Source: Alphaproteobacteria bacterium (GTDB lineage Bacteria; Pseudomonadota; Alphaproteobacteria; Rs-D84). From it: a stretch of DNA of 64,000 nt. The stretch lies in assembly GCA_017642585.1 (NCBI GenBank), contig JAGCOR010000005.1:47529-111528 (forward strand), in the 5' to 3' direction. Position numbers and translations under genes: made by a program. Below are positions 32,099 through 42,651 of the stretch, piece after piece. Position 1 is the first letter of the stretch. Every line of letters begins with the position of its first letter. Below the pieces are notes generated by a model that was given only the letters and a program-made list of their open reading frames with translations, searched no databases and had not been told where the DNA came from.

Positions 32099-33178
32099 TT
32101 AAACATTAAACAAGAAATGGCATATATCACCATCTTGCATAACATATTCTTTGCCGACCAGGCGCATTTTTCCGGCTTCTTTAACAGCAACTTCACCACC
32201 ATATTGTAAATAATCAGATGGGGAAATTATTTCTGCACGAATAAACCCGCGTTCAAAATCACTGTGGATTTTGCCGGCGGCCTGGGGTGCGGTCATACCT
32301 TTGGTAATTGTCCAAGCATGCGCTTCTTTTGGGCCAACTGTATAAAAGGTTTGTAAACCAAGTGTATCATAACCTGTGTGTATAACCTGATCCAGACCTG
32401 ATTCATTTAACCCCAGTTCATTTAAAAACATTTTTCTTTCTTCAACATCAACTATTTGGGCTATTTCCATTTCTATTTTTGAAGAAATTATCAACACAGG
32501 TGCTTTGTTTGAATATTTTTCACGAACTAAATCTGAATATTTATTACCAGTACTGGCGGCGGCTTCTTCCACGTTACATACATAAATTACCGGCTTTTTC
32601 GTTAATAAATTAAAAGGTGTGGCATCTGTTTCTTGATCGCGCGCCGGAACAGATTTTTCAAGTTGTGATTTAATAGATGTGGCATCAGCTAATAATTTAG
32701 CAGCATTTTTATCTTGGCCATGAACTTTTTTTTCTAACTTTTTAATTTGATTATCCAAACTTTCAATATCCGCCAACATTAATTCTGTTTCAATTGTTTC
32801 AATATCACTTAAAGGATCTATTTTTCCATTTACATGAACAATATCATCATTTTCAAAACAACGAACAACATGAATTATCGCGTCTGTTTCTAAAATATTA
32901 GATAAAAATTTATTTCCCAGGCCTTCACCACTGGATGCACCTTTGACCAGACCTGCAATATCAACTATTTCCAATTGTGTTGGTATAATACGTTCGGCAC
33001 CTGCGACCTTGGCCAGATTTAACAAAGTACTGTCTGGAACAACTACACGGCCGGTATTTGGCTCTATTGTGCAAAAAGGATAATTTTGCGCATCAGCCGC
33101 GGCACTTTGTGTTAATGCATTAAACAAGGTAGATTTTCCAACATTTGGTAAACCAACAATTCCACAATTAAATCCCAT
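32099..33178 (-). CDS. ychF: Ribosome-binding ATPase YchF
   Basis: GIVGLPNVGKSTLFNALT, NYPFCTIEPN, DIAGLVKGAS.GEGLGNKFL, IHSDFERGFIRAE. Confidence 0.97.
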   Translation of the reverse strand: MGFNCGIVGLPNVGKSTLFNALTQSAAADAQNYPFCTIEPNTGRVVVPDSTLLNLAKVAGAERIIPTQLEIVDIAGLVKGASSGEGLGNKFLSNILETDAIIHVVRCFENDDIVHVNGKIDPLSDIETIETELMLADIESLDNQIKKLEKKVHGQDKNAAKLLADATSIKSQLEKSVPARDQETDATPFNLLTKKPVIYVCNVEEAAASTGNKYSDLVREKYSNKAPVLIISSKIEMEIAQIVDVEERKMFLNELGLNESGLDQVIHTGYDTLGLQTFYTVGPKEAHAWTITKGMTAPQAAGKIHSDFERGFIRAEIISPSDYLQYGGEVAVKEAGKMRLVGKEYVMQDGDICHFLFNV

Positions 33179-33255
33179 ATCTTTTCACCAATTTTTTATT
33201 TGTTTTCAAATTTTTTTATTTTAATATGTTTTATATATCAACATCAGGATTAAAT

Positions 33256-33954
33256 ATGTCATACCTTTGGCAAGAATTCAATATAAAAACATTTCAGGCG
33301 GAAACTTTGGTTTTTCGTAATGGTGTTTTTTGCGATGAATTATCTGATTATGAAAATATAGTATATGATGCTGATAAAAATATAATATCGATAGATAAAA
33401 CACCAAAATTACCAATTCATATTATATATGTTGGTGAAATAACCGGTGATATTAATTTAAATATAGGTGTATTATCAGAAAATACAAAGGTTGTTTTGAC
33501 CACAAAAATAAAAAATAAAAAGCCGGCCTTTTTGAATATTTTTATCAAAAACACCGGGAAAAATAGTTTATTTGATGGGCAAATTGTTGCGCAAAATCAT
33601 AATAACCTGAAAATTGATGTAAATTGTAATCATTTATGTGAAAATACCGGTATTTTTGTAAAAACACGTGTTTTAGCACATAAAAATTCGACAACTATAT
33701 TAAATGGTTATGCAAACATAGAAAAAAATATGGAAAATTGTGATTCAGATATATCTTTTTCTGTGATGGCAGATGAAAACGCAAAAATTCAAATGAAACC
33801 TGTTCAGTATATAAAATCTGTTCCAAACAGTGCTAAACATTCTGCATCTTTGTATAAACCAAATGATAACCAAATAATCTATTTACGTAACGCGGGATTA
33901 TCTACATCTGAAATTCAAGATGTATTCAAGGAAGCGTTTTTATCAAATGAATAA
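33256..33954 (+). CDS. SufB/SufD-family beta-helix protein (short, stand-alone)
   Basis: Repeating beta-helix pattern ending AKHSAS..PNDNQIIYLRNAGLS, like the SufD C-terminus; AGGA SD before ATG 33256. Confidence 0.7.
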   Translation: MSYLWQEFNIKTFQAETLVFRNGVFCDELSDYENIVYDADKNIISIDKTPKLPIHIIYVGEITGDINLNIGVLSENTKVVLTTKIKNKKPAFLNIFIKNTGKNSLFDGQIVAQNHNNLKIDVNCNHLCENTGIFVKTRVLAHKNSTTILNGYANIEKNMENCDSDISFSVMADENAKIQMKPVQYIKSVPNSAKHSASLYKPNDNQIIYLRNAGLSTSEIQDVFKEAFLSNE

Positions 33955-34000
33955 AAAAATACCCGTTAAAAACGGGCTAAAAAATATCATCCAATTGGAC

Positions 34001-34135
34001 TTATTTTCTTTTGAATCCTTGCTTTGCCTTTAATTTTGGGTTTGCAGGATCAATTAAAATAACCTGTTTACCACGGCGAATTTGTTTAATGTTACCGCGT
34101 TTTTTCCAAGCTTTTAAAGAACTTAAAAATTTCAT
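34001..34135 (-). CDS. rpmJ: 50S ribosomal protein L36, Zn-independent (C-) type
   Basis: Not in the ORF track (44 aa). MKFLSSLKAWKKRGNIKQIRRGKQVILIDPANPKLKAKQGFKRK with AAGGA SD. Confidence 0.9.
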   Translation of the reverse strand: MKFLSSLKAWKKRGNIKQIRRGKQVILIDPANPKLKAKQGFKRK

Positions 34136-34447
34136 ATCAAAATCCTTTTTGCTGGCTTATTATAAACCAGTTTTATAAAAAATCAAATATTTATTATAAT
34201 TATTTGTTGTTTTTATTGGACCTGTTTATTTTGTTAAAAACCCGAATTAACTTTTTATAAACAAATTTTCAACAAAAAAATCCAAGTTTTTTGCGGATAT
34301 TTTAAATTTGTTGATATTTTAATACACCTATTCAAATTGTTAAAAAATAAGCAGTTTTTTATATATTAAACAAAAATCATTGTTTTTACTTTTATGCTTG
34401 TTGAGAAAAGTTGAAATTGATATAATAAATACATCGGGAGAGGGATT

Positions 34448-34744
34448 TTGAAACAAAAGGTTTTAAAAGCTTTGGCAAATCCGCCGCGCATATTTTATGT
34501 GCCTTATTCGCTTGCGATATTAAATTTTATAATTTTATTTATGTTATTTATTGTGGCAATTCTTTGTTTTTTGCTGATAACCGGCAATATTCCCACTTTA
34601 TTACCTTTGATTTTCATTGGTATTTTATGTTTAACACACAGTATCTTAGGGATATATTCAAAAAAAGATTCACAAATCGCTCAACTGATATTTTCAAGTT
34701 TCTTTCTGTTTAAAAACAAAGTACCAAGGAAATTAGTAGTATAA
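34448..34744 (+). CDS. VirB3-like type IV secretion protein
   Basis: KALANPPRIFYVP followed by two TM helices and KKD; immediately upstream of virB4; GGAGAGGG SD with TTG start. Confidence 0.75.
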   Translation: MKQKVLKALANPPRIFYVPYSLAILNFIILFMLFIVAILCFLLITGNIPTLLPLIFIGILCLTHSILGIYSKKDSQIAQLIFSSFFLFKNKVPRKLVV

Positions 34745-34745
34745 A

Positions 34746-37160
34746 ATGCAATATTTATTTGATTATTTTGCCGGCAGTAATACATCAACAATATTAACTT
34801 TTGTTATTATTGCGATGTCTATTTTATTGGTATTTATTGTTTTATTAATATATTTACCTGTATTAACTAAAAAGATTTTACCAAAATTTGGTTATACAAA
34901 ATATTCTGATTATTTACCTTTCAGGACTGTTTATAACGATGACACTATGTCCACAGATGATGGCTCGTTGATGCGTGTTTATAAAATAAACGGCGTTCAA
35001 ACCAGTATGATGGATGAAAAAAATAATGAAAAATTATTGGATTTAAGAACCCAGTTATTTAATCAAATTCAAGATCCGGCTGTGTATATCAGATTTTTTA
35101 CAGTTCGTGACGCGGCAGATGAAAAAACAAATTACGAATTTCATCAACCTGTTTTACAAAGTATTTATGATAAATGGAATAACCAAGGTTTAAAGATTTT
35201 CACAAATACTTATTATGTTGTTATTTCTGTCAAAGGCGCAAATAACCGCGAAAAATTAAATCAATATTGTAATTATATTGAATCAATGTTGTCTGTGTAT
35301 AAACCAGAATTATTAAAAAATAATACTGTTAATAATATGGCGACATTTTTTGGCCGTATATTATCACCTGTTACAAAACCTATCATAAAAAATTGCGATG
35401 ATAATATAAGAAATTTAGTTACTGTTGATAATGTAGAATTTTTAAGAAACGGTATCATAGAATATTCAAGTGGTGAAAAAACATATTATGCTGCGGCTAT
35501 GTCTTTCAAAACTGCACCAGATTATCTGGATGAAGAATTTTACAATACTATTTCGACCATACAATGCGAAATGATAAATATGAACGGTTTTCATATTTTA
35601 AGACCAAATGACATAGAAGCATTGATGCGTCAACACAGATCCACAGTCACAGAACAAACAGAAGATTCTACATTGGAACAAATCAGCGAAGCTGAATCAT
35701 CTATGGATGAAAATATAACCGGTGCTCAAACTCTGGTTGATTATTATCCTTTGTTTATTTTGTTTGGATATAATAAAGATGAATTAAATAAAAATGTCGC
35801 AGAATTCAAAAAAATATGCGCTTCGTTTGGAATATCACCAGTGGTTGAAACATTTGCGTCCAAGGTATCATTTTTTGCGCAAATACCGGGATTTGATGTA
35901 TTCCCCAGAATATTTAAAATGTTATCAAAAACAGCCGCAATCAGTATACCTTTGTCCAGTATGCCAAAAGGTATCAAAGATTGTGATTGGGGTCCAGGAC
36001 CTCTTGTTACATTCCCGACTGCCCAAGGTACACCATATCAATTCCAATTCCATGTATCTGATAAACCTGTTGCTGTGGGTCATACATTAACAATTGGACC
36101 AACTGGTGGTGGTAAAACAACATTATTCTCGTTTTTAATCGCACAATCTTTACGTCATCCAAAACTGAAAGCTTTCTTCTTTGATCGTAACAGAGGTGCA
36201 GAAATATTTACATTATCTATTGATGGTAAATATATAACTATGAACGGTAAAGAAAAAGATGCGGCACAAAATACATTTTTAACTCACTTGAACCCATTAA
36301 AAATGCCGGATACGGCGGCAAACAGGGCTTTCTTGCGCAGATGGTTTGCAATGATAACTGGTCAAACAGACGTGTTATCTGGTGATGAAATTGCGCGTGC
36401 TGTATCTGTGAATTTTGATTATTTGTCAGACAAGGACAGATTATTAAAGAATTTATATGAAAGTTGTTTTTCATCATCTGGAACTATGCGTGGTGAATTA
36501 AAGAAATGGATTGACCCATTACAATATGGCGATATCTTTAATGAAGATGAAGATACTTTGGATTTAAATTCCAGATTAACAACATTTGATTTTACAGAAA
36601 TTTTACAAGATGAAGTTTTGGCACCTGCGGTTATATCTTATATCTTGCACAGAATTAACAATGTTACTGTATCTGGCGGAAATCCGTCACTTATTATGAT
36701 TGACGAAACTGCACCTATGTTGGAAAATAAAATGTTCCGCGATAATTTCATAGCTGGATTACAGGAAGGTCGTAAAAACCGTCAGGCATACATGGTTGCG
36801 TTCCAACGCGCAAATGTTTTGGATAAATTAGGCATAGGTGATGTGGTTCGTGGCCAGGCACAAACAGTTTTGTTCTTCCGTAATCCTGCGGCAGATTTAA
36901 GTGATTATGAAAAATGGAATTTAAATCCTTTGGAAATGGCATTTATCCAGGGTAAAGCATATCCAAATTTGAAAAGGGCAGTATTGTTATCACGTCCAAT
37001 AAACGGTGAATCTGTTATTTTGAATACAGAATTAGGTGGTTTGGGTAATTTGTTAAGATTGTTTGAATCTGGTCGTTCATCTGTGTTGTTGGCGGAAGAT
37101 TTATACAAAATTTATGGAAATAAATTTGTAACAGAATATCTTAAAAAACAAATAATGTAA
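34746..37160 (+). CDS. virB4: VirB4-family type IV secretion ATPase
   Basis: T.QGTPYQFQFH, GHTLTIGPTGGGKTT, FFFDRNRGAEIF, LNPL, IMIDE, EGRKNR. Confidence 0.88.
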   Translation: MQYLFDYFAGSNTSTILTFVIIAMSILLVFIVLLIYLPVLTKKILPKFGYTKYSDYLPFRTVYNDDTMSTDDGSLMRVYKINGVQTSMMDEKNNEKLLDLRTQLFNQIQDPAVYIRFFTVRDAADEKTNYEFHQPVLQSIYDKWNNQGLKIFTNTYYVVISVKGANNREKLNQYCNYIESMLSVYKPELLKNNTVNNMATFFGRILSPVTKPIIKNCDDNIRNLVTVDNVEFLRNGIIEYSSGEKTYYAAAMSFKTAPDYLDEEFYNTISTIQCEMINMNGFHILRPNDIEALMRQHRSTVTEQTEDSTLEQISEAESSMDENITGAQTLVDYYPLFILFGYNKDELNKNVAEFKKICASFGISPVVETFASKVSFFAQIPGFDVFPRIFKMLSKTAAISIPLSSMPKGIKDCDWGPGPLVTFPTAQGTPYQFQFHVSDKPVAVGHTLTIGPTGGGKTTLFSFLIAQSLRHPKLKAFFFDRNRGAEIFTLSIDGKYITMNGKEKDAAQNTFLTHLNPLKMPDTAANRAFLRRWFAMITGQTDVLSGDEIARAVSVNFDYLSDKDRLLKNLYESCFSSSGTMRGELKKWIDPLQYGDIFNEDEDTLDLNSRLTTFDFTEILQDEVLAPAVISYILHRINNVTVSGGNPSLIMIDETAPMLENKMFRDNFIAGLQEGRKNRQAYMVAFQRANVLDKLGIGDVVRGQAQTVLFFRNPAADLSDYEKWNLNPLEMAFIQGKAYPNLKRAVLLSRPINGESVILNTELGGLGNLLRLFESGRSSVLLAEDLYKIYGNKFVTEYLKKQIM

Positions 37161-37166
37161 AACCAT

Positions 37167-37781
37167 ATGCTTAAAAAATCTGTATTTTTAACACTGTTTT
37201 TTTTACCAACAATATTATTTGCAGATGATTGTTTAGATTATAAATTAAAACCCAAAGTTACAGTTAATGTGCCGTCTTGGCAAAAACAGGTTGTTCAGCC
37301 TTTACAACATATGGACGTTTTGCATGGTGATGTAATTGCAACTATGGTTGATAATTATGATATAACCAGTGATATTACGTCCATAGAAGACGGTTTTTGT
37401 GTCGCATTAAAAAGTGTAGAAGCAACGATTGGATACAGTGATTTTCTGGTACAAATCGATATTTCACATAAACCAAATACGTGTTCTTATGATGCAATTT
37501 TAGCACACGAAGACCAACATATACGTGCATATTTATCAGTCATAGATGATAATGATGAATTATTAAAAAAATCTTTATTTAATGCGGCGAATTCTATTAC
37601 ACCTATATTTGTAAAAAACAAGGAAGATATAGAATCTGCGATTGATAAATTAAACGAAGAAATACAAAGTCATCCTGATATAGTTTTGCTTAAACAACAA
37701 TTAAAAGCGGATGAAGAAATCCGCAACAAACGCGTTGATCAAAACGATACAGGTGAAACACTGAAAAAGTGTTTGAAATAA
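37167..37781 (+). CDS. Secreted protein with HExxH motif (DUF922-like putative Zn protease)
   Basis: Signal peptide; CSYDAILAHEDQH. Confidence 0.55.
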   Translation: MLKKSVFLTLFFLPTILFADDCLDYKLKPKVTVNVPSWQKQVVQPLQHMDVLHGDVIATMVDNYDITSDITSIEDGFCVALKSVEATIGYSDFLVQIDISHKPNTCSYDAILAHEDQHIRAYLSVIDDNDELLKKSLFNAANSITPIFVKNKEDIESAIDKLNEEIQSHPDIVLLKQQLKADEEIRNKRVDQNDTGETLKKCLK

Positions 37782-37783
37782 AT

Positions 37784-38482
37784 TTAACCGAAACAAAACC
37801 ATATTACGATTGGCGCAACAACCGCAGTCATTAAACCAGATAACACAATTGCCAAAGAACTGAAAGACCCCTCGATTTTTCCCATTTCCATGGCTTTTAC
37901 TGTTCCGGCTGCATGTGCAGCATTTCCAATGGCCAACCCGCGTGATATAGGGTTTTTTATACGCGCCCATTTGCATAATTTGTCGCTGACTGATGCTCCC
38001 AAAATACCCGTGATAATAACCGCAGACACAGTCAAAGAAACCATACCACCTAATTTTTGTGTGATACCGATAGCCAAAGCGGTTGTTACAGATATAGATA
38101 CCAAAGAACGCGCAATAATATCTGATAATCCCAACACAATAACAATTATACACACTGATAATACAGATGCCATTACACCGACAAACATTGCGAATAATAT
38201 TGAATAAATATGCTTTTTCAAAAGGGGTAATTGCCGATACATAGGAACTGCAAAGCATACAGTTACAGGCACCAGAAAATAAGTTAAATATTTTGCAGAT
38301 GCGTTATACATACTGTATGGAATATTAAATGACAATAATACAGCGGTAACAAAAACCGTTGCCAAGAACAAAGGTGTTGTAAAAGGGTTTTGCCATTTTT
38401 TATTTATGAACGAAGCAATCACAAACATAAGTATAGTTATGGTTGCGCCAAAATATGTAGAATTTGCAATCAAATCTATCAT
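37784..38482 (-). CDS. lrgB: LrgB-family membrane protein
   Basis: FLVPVTVCFAVPMY, S.SVTTALA, RGLAIGNAAHAAGT..A.E.G.IEG. Confidence 0.9.
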   Translation of the reverse strand: MIDLIANSTYFGATITILMFVIASFINKKWQNPFTTPLFLATVFVTAVLLSFNIPYSMYNASAKYLTYFLVPVTVCFAVPMYRQLPLLKKHIYSILFAMFVGVMASVLSVCIIVIVLGLSDIIARSLVSISVTTALAIGITQKLGGMVSLTVSAVIITGILGASVSDKLCKWARIKNPISRGLAIGNAAHAAGTVKAMEMGKIEGSFSSLAIVLSGLMTAVVAPIVIWFCFG

Positions 38483-38838
38483 TTTTTCTTATCCTTGTTC
38501 GTTCCTATAAAATAATCAGCTGTTTTTCCAGTTGTAATCATTGTTACAACATATGTAGCGACCAGTAAAAACACCAAATAATACCAAATATCAGATATGT
38601 CGCCCCAAATATCTATAACCGCGACAGCAGGCGCAATAAAAAACAAAGCCATTACACTGTGAAACCAATCTGCAATATCTGAAACCCATTCCAATTTAAC
38701 AATATGTAAACACAGGGCAATAAACAACAATAATAACCCGTAAATACTGCCTGCGATGGGCAGGGGTATAAAATGTTCGCATATTTCCCCAAGAAACACA
38801 AAAAACAAAACAATCATAAATTGAAACAGGTATTTCAT
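38479..38838 (-). CDS. lrgA: CidA/LrgA-family holin-like protein
   Basis: FLGE....IPLPIAGSIYGLLLLF..L, MALFFIAPAV; coupled to lrgB. Confidence 0.88.
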   Translation of the reverse strand: MKYLFQFMIVLFFVFLGEICEHFIPLPIAGSIYGLLLLFIALCLHIVKLEWVSDIADWFHSVMALFFIAPAVAVIDIWGDISDIWYYLVFLLVATYVVTMITTGKTADYFIGTNKDKKK

Positions 38839-38959
38839 CTCTCCCCCGCTGTCTGTGATATATTTTACCACTTTTGAAAAATTTTTATAATATGTTTTTT
38901 ATGAACATATTGACAATTTATATTTTTGTATTAAAATAATATAAAACAAGAGGTCAAAA

Positions 38960-40474
38960 ATGTCTCAAAAGAAAGTTTTGGTTGAAAAAGTTGTTTTTGA
39001 TGATGATGAAAATATGACACCAATATCATTGGCGCGTTTAAATCCATTGCAATTACCAGAAATAACCGAAGAATTCGGATTTTATTTAATCTATGAAAGT
39101 GTGAATATTCGTGGTTTTATGCCGCAAAAGGGTGCCCCGATGCCGTTTTTCAAACATGTTGCGGTCAAGGGCGATTTTGTCGCATCAAAACATATTCAAA
39201 TATTTCCTTTCTTGGTTACAGGTGGTGTTTTTGATTGCAGTAATTGTGGTAAAGATTATATAACCGAAGATACAGCTTTGCCTGTGTTTGCGGAAAAAAT
39301 GGATTGTTCATACAGTATCAGAAGTTTGGATGTTTTATTGGATAAATTACCACAAAAAATTGAAGAATTGATTGTTCAACCCGACTTGATTTCTAAACAA
39401 GCAATGAAAGATCCAAATAATTTGGAATCTGCATTGAAATTTATGTCAATGTATAAACACGTAAAGGTTTACAGCAGAAAAGGTAATATAAATTTACAAA
39501 ACTCTGTGGCAGAATACTTTTTGGATAAAATTATACCTGAAAAACAGAAACCAACATCTGCAAATCCAAAAACAAAAGAAATCGCGATTAAACCGGAAGT
39601 CATGGATAAAAAAATATCCGGACAACACATCGACAAAAGAGATATTTTAGATTTGTGTAAACAAGATGCTGAAATATCTGCACTGGATTTATCAAATGAC
39701 GATTTGAACAGATATATTCGAATAATTTTATCTGATCAACGCAGAAACGGTATAAACAAAACTGTTAAATTGCGTGAAGATGGTGTTCCTGTGGCTTGTG
39801 CAGATGCATCAGATTGGAATTTAATTCGTCAGGAAATTTTGGCTTTGCAAAATCAAGAAACCCAAAAGAAAGAAGAAGAAAAACAAAAACAACCACAAAA
39901 TAAACAGGTTAAACCTGATAAGGTGATCAAAACAACCCAGGAATATAAACCTGTTAAAATAACAAAATACATAACCAAGAACCAATTAAAACAAATAAGT
40001 ATTGGTCGTCAAAGATATGTATTGGATGCTATTAACAAAATCAATATAGATCCGGCTGATTTTGTGAATTACCAGGGTCCTGTGTGGGTGTTAAAAGATG
40101 GTATTTTGACAAATGTTCAAACCGTTGAAAAAGAAAACGGCTGCACATTGGTGCAAAGTGTTGACAGCAATACAAACAACGACAGAAAACGTTTAGTTTG
40201 GACTGTGGGTGATGGTCCAAATGGCGTTGTTATTGTTTGTATGGGGGTTTTGAATGAACATGGCGAAACAATGAAAAAATATAATAAATATTCTGAATTG
40301 TTAAGAGATACCAGCAAACGCAGAACATTTACAGAACAAGATTTAGAAAAATACAGAGATGTTACCGAAGTTTTATCTGAATTAAGAAAAACAGGTGTCG
40401 AAGATATCCCTGTACCAACAAATCAAAATCTGATAAATAAAAAATTCCAAGAACTGTTTGGTTTGGGATTATAA
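38960..40474 (+). CDS. Hypothetical multidomain protein
   Basis: 504-aa ORF with TTGACA-17-TAAAAT promoter, GAGG SD and its own terminator. Confidence 0.75.
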   Translation: MSQKKVLVEKVVFDDDENMTPISLARLNPLQLPEITEEFGFYLIYESVNIRGFMPQKGAPMPFFKHVAVKGDFVASKHIQIFPFLVTGGVFDCSNCGKDYITEDTALPVFAEKMDCSYSIRSLDVLLDKLPQKIEELIVQPDLISKQAMKDPNNLESALKFMSMYKHVKVYSRKGNINLQNSVAEYFLDKIIPEKQKPTSANPKTKEIAIKPEVMDKKISGQHIDKRDILDLCKQDAEISALDLSNDDLNRYIRIILSDQRRNGINKTVKLREDGVPVACADASDWNLIRQEILALQNQETQKKEEEKQKQPQNKQVKPDKVIKTTQEYKPVKITKYITKNQLKQISIGRQRYVLDAINKINIDPADFVNYQGPVWVLKDGILTNVQTVEKENGCTLVQSVDSNTNNDRKRLVWTVGDGPNGVVIVCMGVLNEHGETMKKYNKYSELLRDTSKRRTFTEQDLEKYRDVTEVLSELRKTGVEDIPVPTNQNLINKKFQELFGLGL

Positions 40475-40476
40475 AG

Positions 40477-40500
40477 AAAGCGGGGAATTAACCCCGCTTT
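40477..40500. terminator. Bidirectional terminator
   Basis: AAAGCGGGG-AATTAA-CCCCGCTTT between convergent genes. Confidence 0.75.
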
Positions 40501-41356
40501 ATAGTTTATGACGAATTTTTTCTGTCAGTTTAATACCACCGTTTTCATTACAATGGTCGGGTGAATCAAAATCAGAATCTGTGAAATCATTATCACGTTG
40601 TAAATTTAATAATTTTACATCGGTGTTTTCGTTCAAAAAATCAAACAGTTCACGATAAACAATTTTATCATCTGGTAAATATTTCAAATAATCAGATCTG
40701 TACGGCGGTAATACTATATAAACAGCATGTTTTTGTTTTCGTGCCAATTTAACAATATTATCCAGATATTGAATTTGATTATTATTTCGCGTAGTGTTTT
40801 TAAGATGTTGAGAAACAAGTATATCTGCAGGATCAATATGATTTTTATCATAACCTGATTTTCCGCGATAATCGTTTGGACAATTTGTTTTGGTTAATTG
40901 CTTTTGTATATATTTTATTGCGTATTTATCATATGGTTTAAAACCACAGGCATAATCGATATTAAATAATGCTTTATAAGGAATACATTTTTTAAATTCT
41001 TTGGTTTTTTCAAGTTGTAATCCAGGATGAAACACAGACCAAAAAATTATAACCTTTTTAATTTTGTTTAATCCGTGTTCCACAACGTATTTATATAAAT
41101 TCCAAATACGATATAAATCCAATGAAGAATTAGATAAATTAAAATCATTTTTTCCGGGAATAAAGCCATCACGACCATGTGAAGAACCTAATATTAAATT
41201 TTCAAAATCTTTATGTTTTTGCAAAGCAAGATATTTTAAAATTTCATAATAGCAATCTTTTACAACAATACGTTTGTGATAAGCAAATATTTTTACGCCG
41301 CAAAAATATATTTCTCTTAATCCATCAAAATGACGTATTTTATTAAAGATTTTCAT
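40499..41356 (-). CDS. SGNH-fold protein, probably surface-polymer modifying
   Basis: LILGSSHG, FNLSNSS.D, IVLPP, F.SPDH.N.NG (GSS...DxxH-like pattern). Confidence 0.55.
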   Translation of the reverse strand: MKIFNKIRHFDGLREIYFCGVKIFAYHKRIVVKDCYYEILKYLALQKHKDFENLILGSSHGRDGFIPGKNDFNLSNSSLDLYRIWNLYKYVVEHGLNKIKKVIIFWSVFHPGLQLEKTKEFKKCIPYKALFNIDYACGFKPYDKYAIKYIQKQLTKTNCPNDYRGKSGYDKNHIDPADILVSQHLKNTTRNNNQIQYLDNIVKLARKQKHAVYIVLPPYRSDYLKYLPDDKIVYRELFDFLNENTDVKLLNLQRDNDFTDSDFDSPDHCNENGGIKLTEKIRHKL

Positions 41357-41652
41357 TATTTTACCCTGTGCTGCTTTGCTTTCTTACGGTTTTGATAATA
41401 TTTGGTCAAAGTAAACATAATTACAGACATAGTCAAAATTGAACCCTGTAATAATATCAATCCTGCCTCTGGTGTTTCCAATAAAATGTATGCCAAATAG
41501 GATACTTCCGAAGTAATCCAAATAATCCAACTGTATAAATTTATATCGTCTGCAGATTTTGTTTTAATTAACTGCACAAATTGTGGCCAATAGGCAACTA
41601 TGTTGCATGTTGTACATATTATAACCAATATTAACGCGATAATACTTTTCAT
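41356..41652 (-). CDS. PQ-loop/SemiSWEET-family transporter
   Basis: Three TM helices; AYWPQFVQLIKTKSADDI. Confidence 0.75.
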   Translation of the reverse strand: MKSIIALILVIICTTCNIVAYWPQFVQLIKTKSADDINLYSWIIWITSEVSYLAYILLETPEAGLILLQGSILTMSVIMFTLTKYYQNRKKAKQHRVK

Positions 41653-41708
41653 CTATAAATCCTTTTTAGGAATTGTATCATAAAAATTTAATGTTTGAAA
41701 AATGTTTT

Positions 41709-42542
41709 CTATCTGGTTTGAACAACAACCAGATAAAATTTTAAACGTTCAGGCATTTTATGTATCGCATCGTATGACATGGCTTGATTGATATTGTCTA
41801 ATAAAGATTCTTTGCCGTCATCATTTGTGACAAAACATATTTTACCGTTCGGTTTTAAATGTTTTTGGGTTTTTTTCAATATATCAATAACTGTGTATGA
41901 ATACAAAAAATCACAAATATTGGAATAATATATAATATCAAATTTAGCATTACCTAACCTTTCATCCAGATTTTTAATGTCTGTCCAAATAAAAGGAAAT
42001 GGTGATTTAATAGAATCTCTTAATTTTTTATAATCTGAATCAGTAAAACTGTAAAGGTCGCACCATCTGTTTGTATAAAATATATCTATTTTTTCAGGTG
42101 CTGTGCGAATATAATTTTGTTCGTGTTCATTCAGTTTTTGAATGATGTTGGGATAATCATTTTTTAAAAAATACAAATGATATTCATCATACAAACAATC
42201 CAAGAATTTGTTGAAATCTTTCGCCTGGTCAAATGTTTGCAGGGCAATAGTTTTAAGTTTTGTCATTAAATAAGAATTGTATGAAATATCAAAAGTAGTT
42301 ATATGTTCTGCCCCAAACAATTTAAAAAACAAAGGTTGTTCCCCAGAACCTGATACGGTTAAAACCTTTGATTTTGGTATAACATAATTTTTGGTTTGTA
42401 AGATTTGGTTGTATTCGTTTGTTGTTGTAAGACAAGGATAATATTTATTATAAATCTCGAAACCACCATACCCACTAATGTCCTTGTAACAAGACAAGGC
42501 ATCTTTCATATTCGGCAAAGGTGTGTCATAAACTATATTCAT
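41709..42542 (-). CDS. Class I SAM-dependent methyltransferase-like protein
   Basis: KVLTVSGSGEQ..ITTFDI, KFDIIYYSNI.DF, HLKPNGKI. Confidence 0.7.
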   Translation of the reverse strand: MNIVYDTPLPNMKDALSCYKDISGYGGFEIYNKYYPCLTTTNEYNQILQTKNYVIPKSKVLTVSGSGEQPLFFKLFGAEHITTFDISYNSYLMTKLKTIALQTFDQAKDFNKFLDCLYDEYHLYFLKNDYPNIIQKLNEHEQNYIRTAPEKIDIFYTNRWCDLYSFTDSDYKKLRDSIKSPFPFIWTDIKNLDERLGNAKFDIIYYSNICDFLYSYTVIDILKKTQKHLKPNGKICFVTNDDGKESLLDNINQAMSYDAIHKMPERLKFYLVVVQTR

Positions 42543-42651
42543 GTCTCAAACATAACACAAAAATATAAAATGTCAACATTTTGACACAGGATTTTATTTA
42601 TGCTTGATGTTGAAACAAATTAAAATTATAACAGTATCAAAGGGTTTAATC

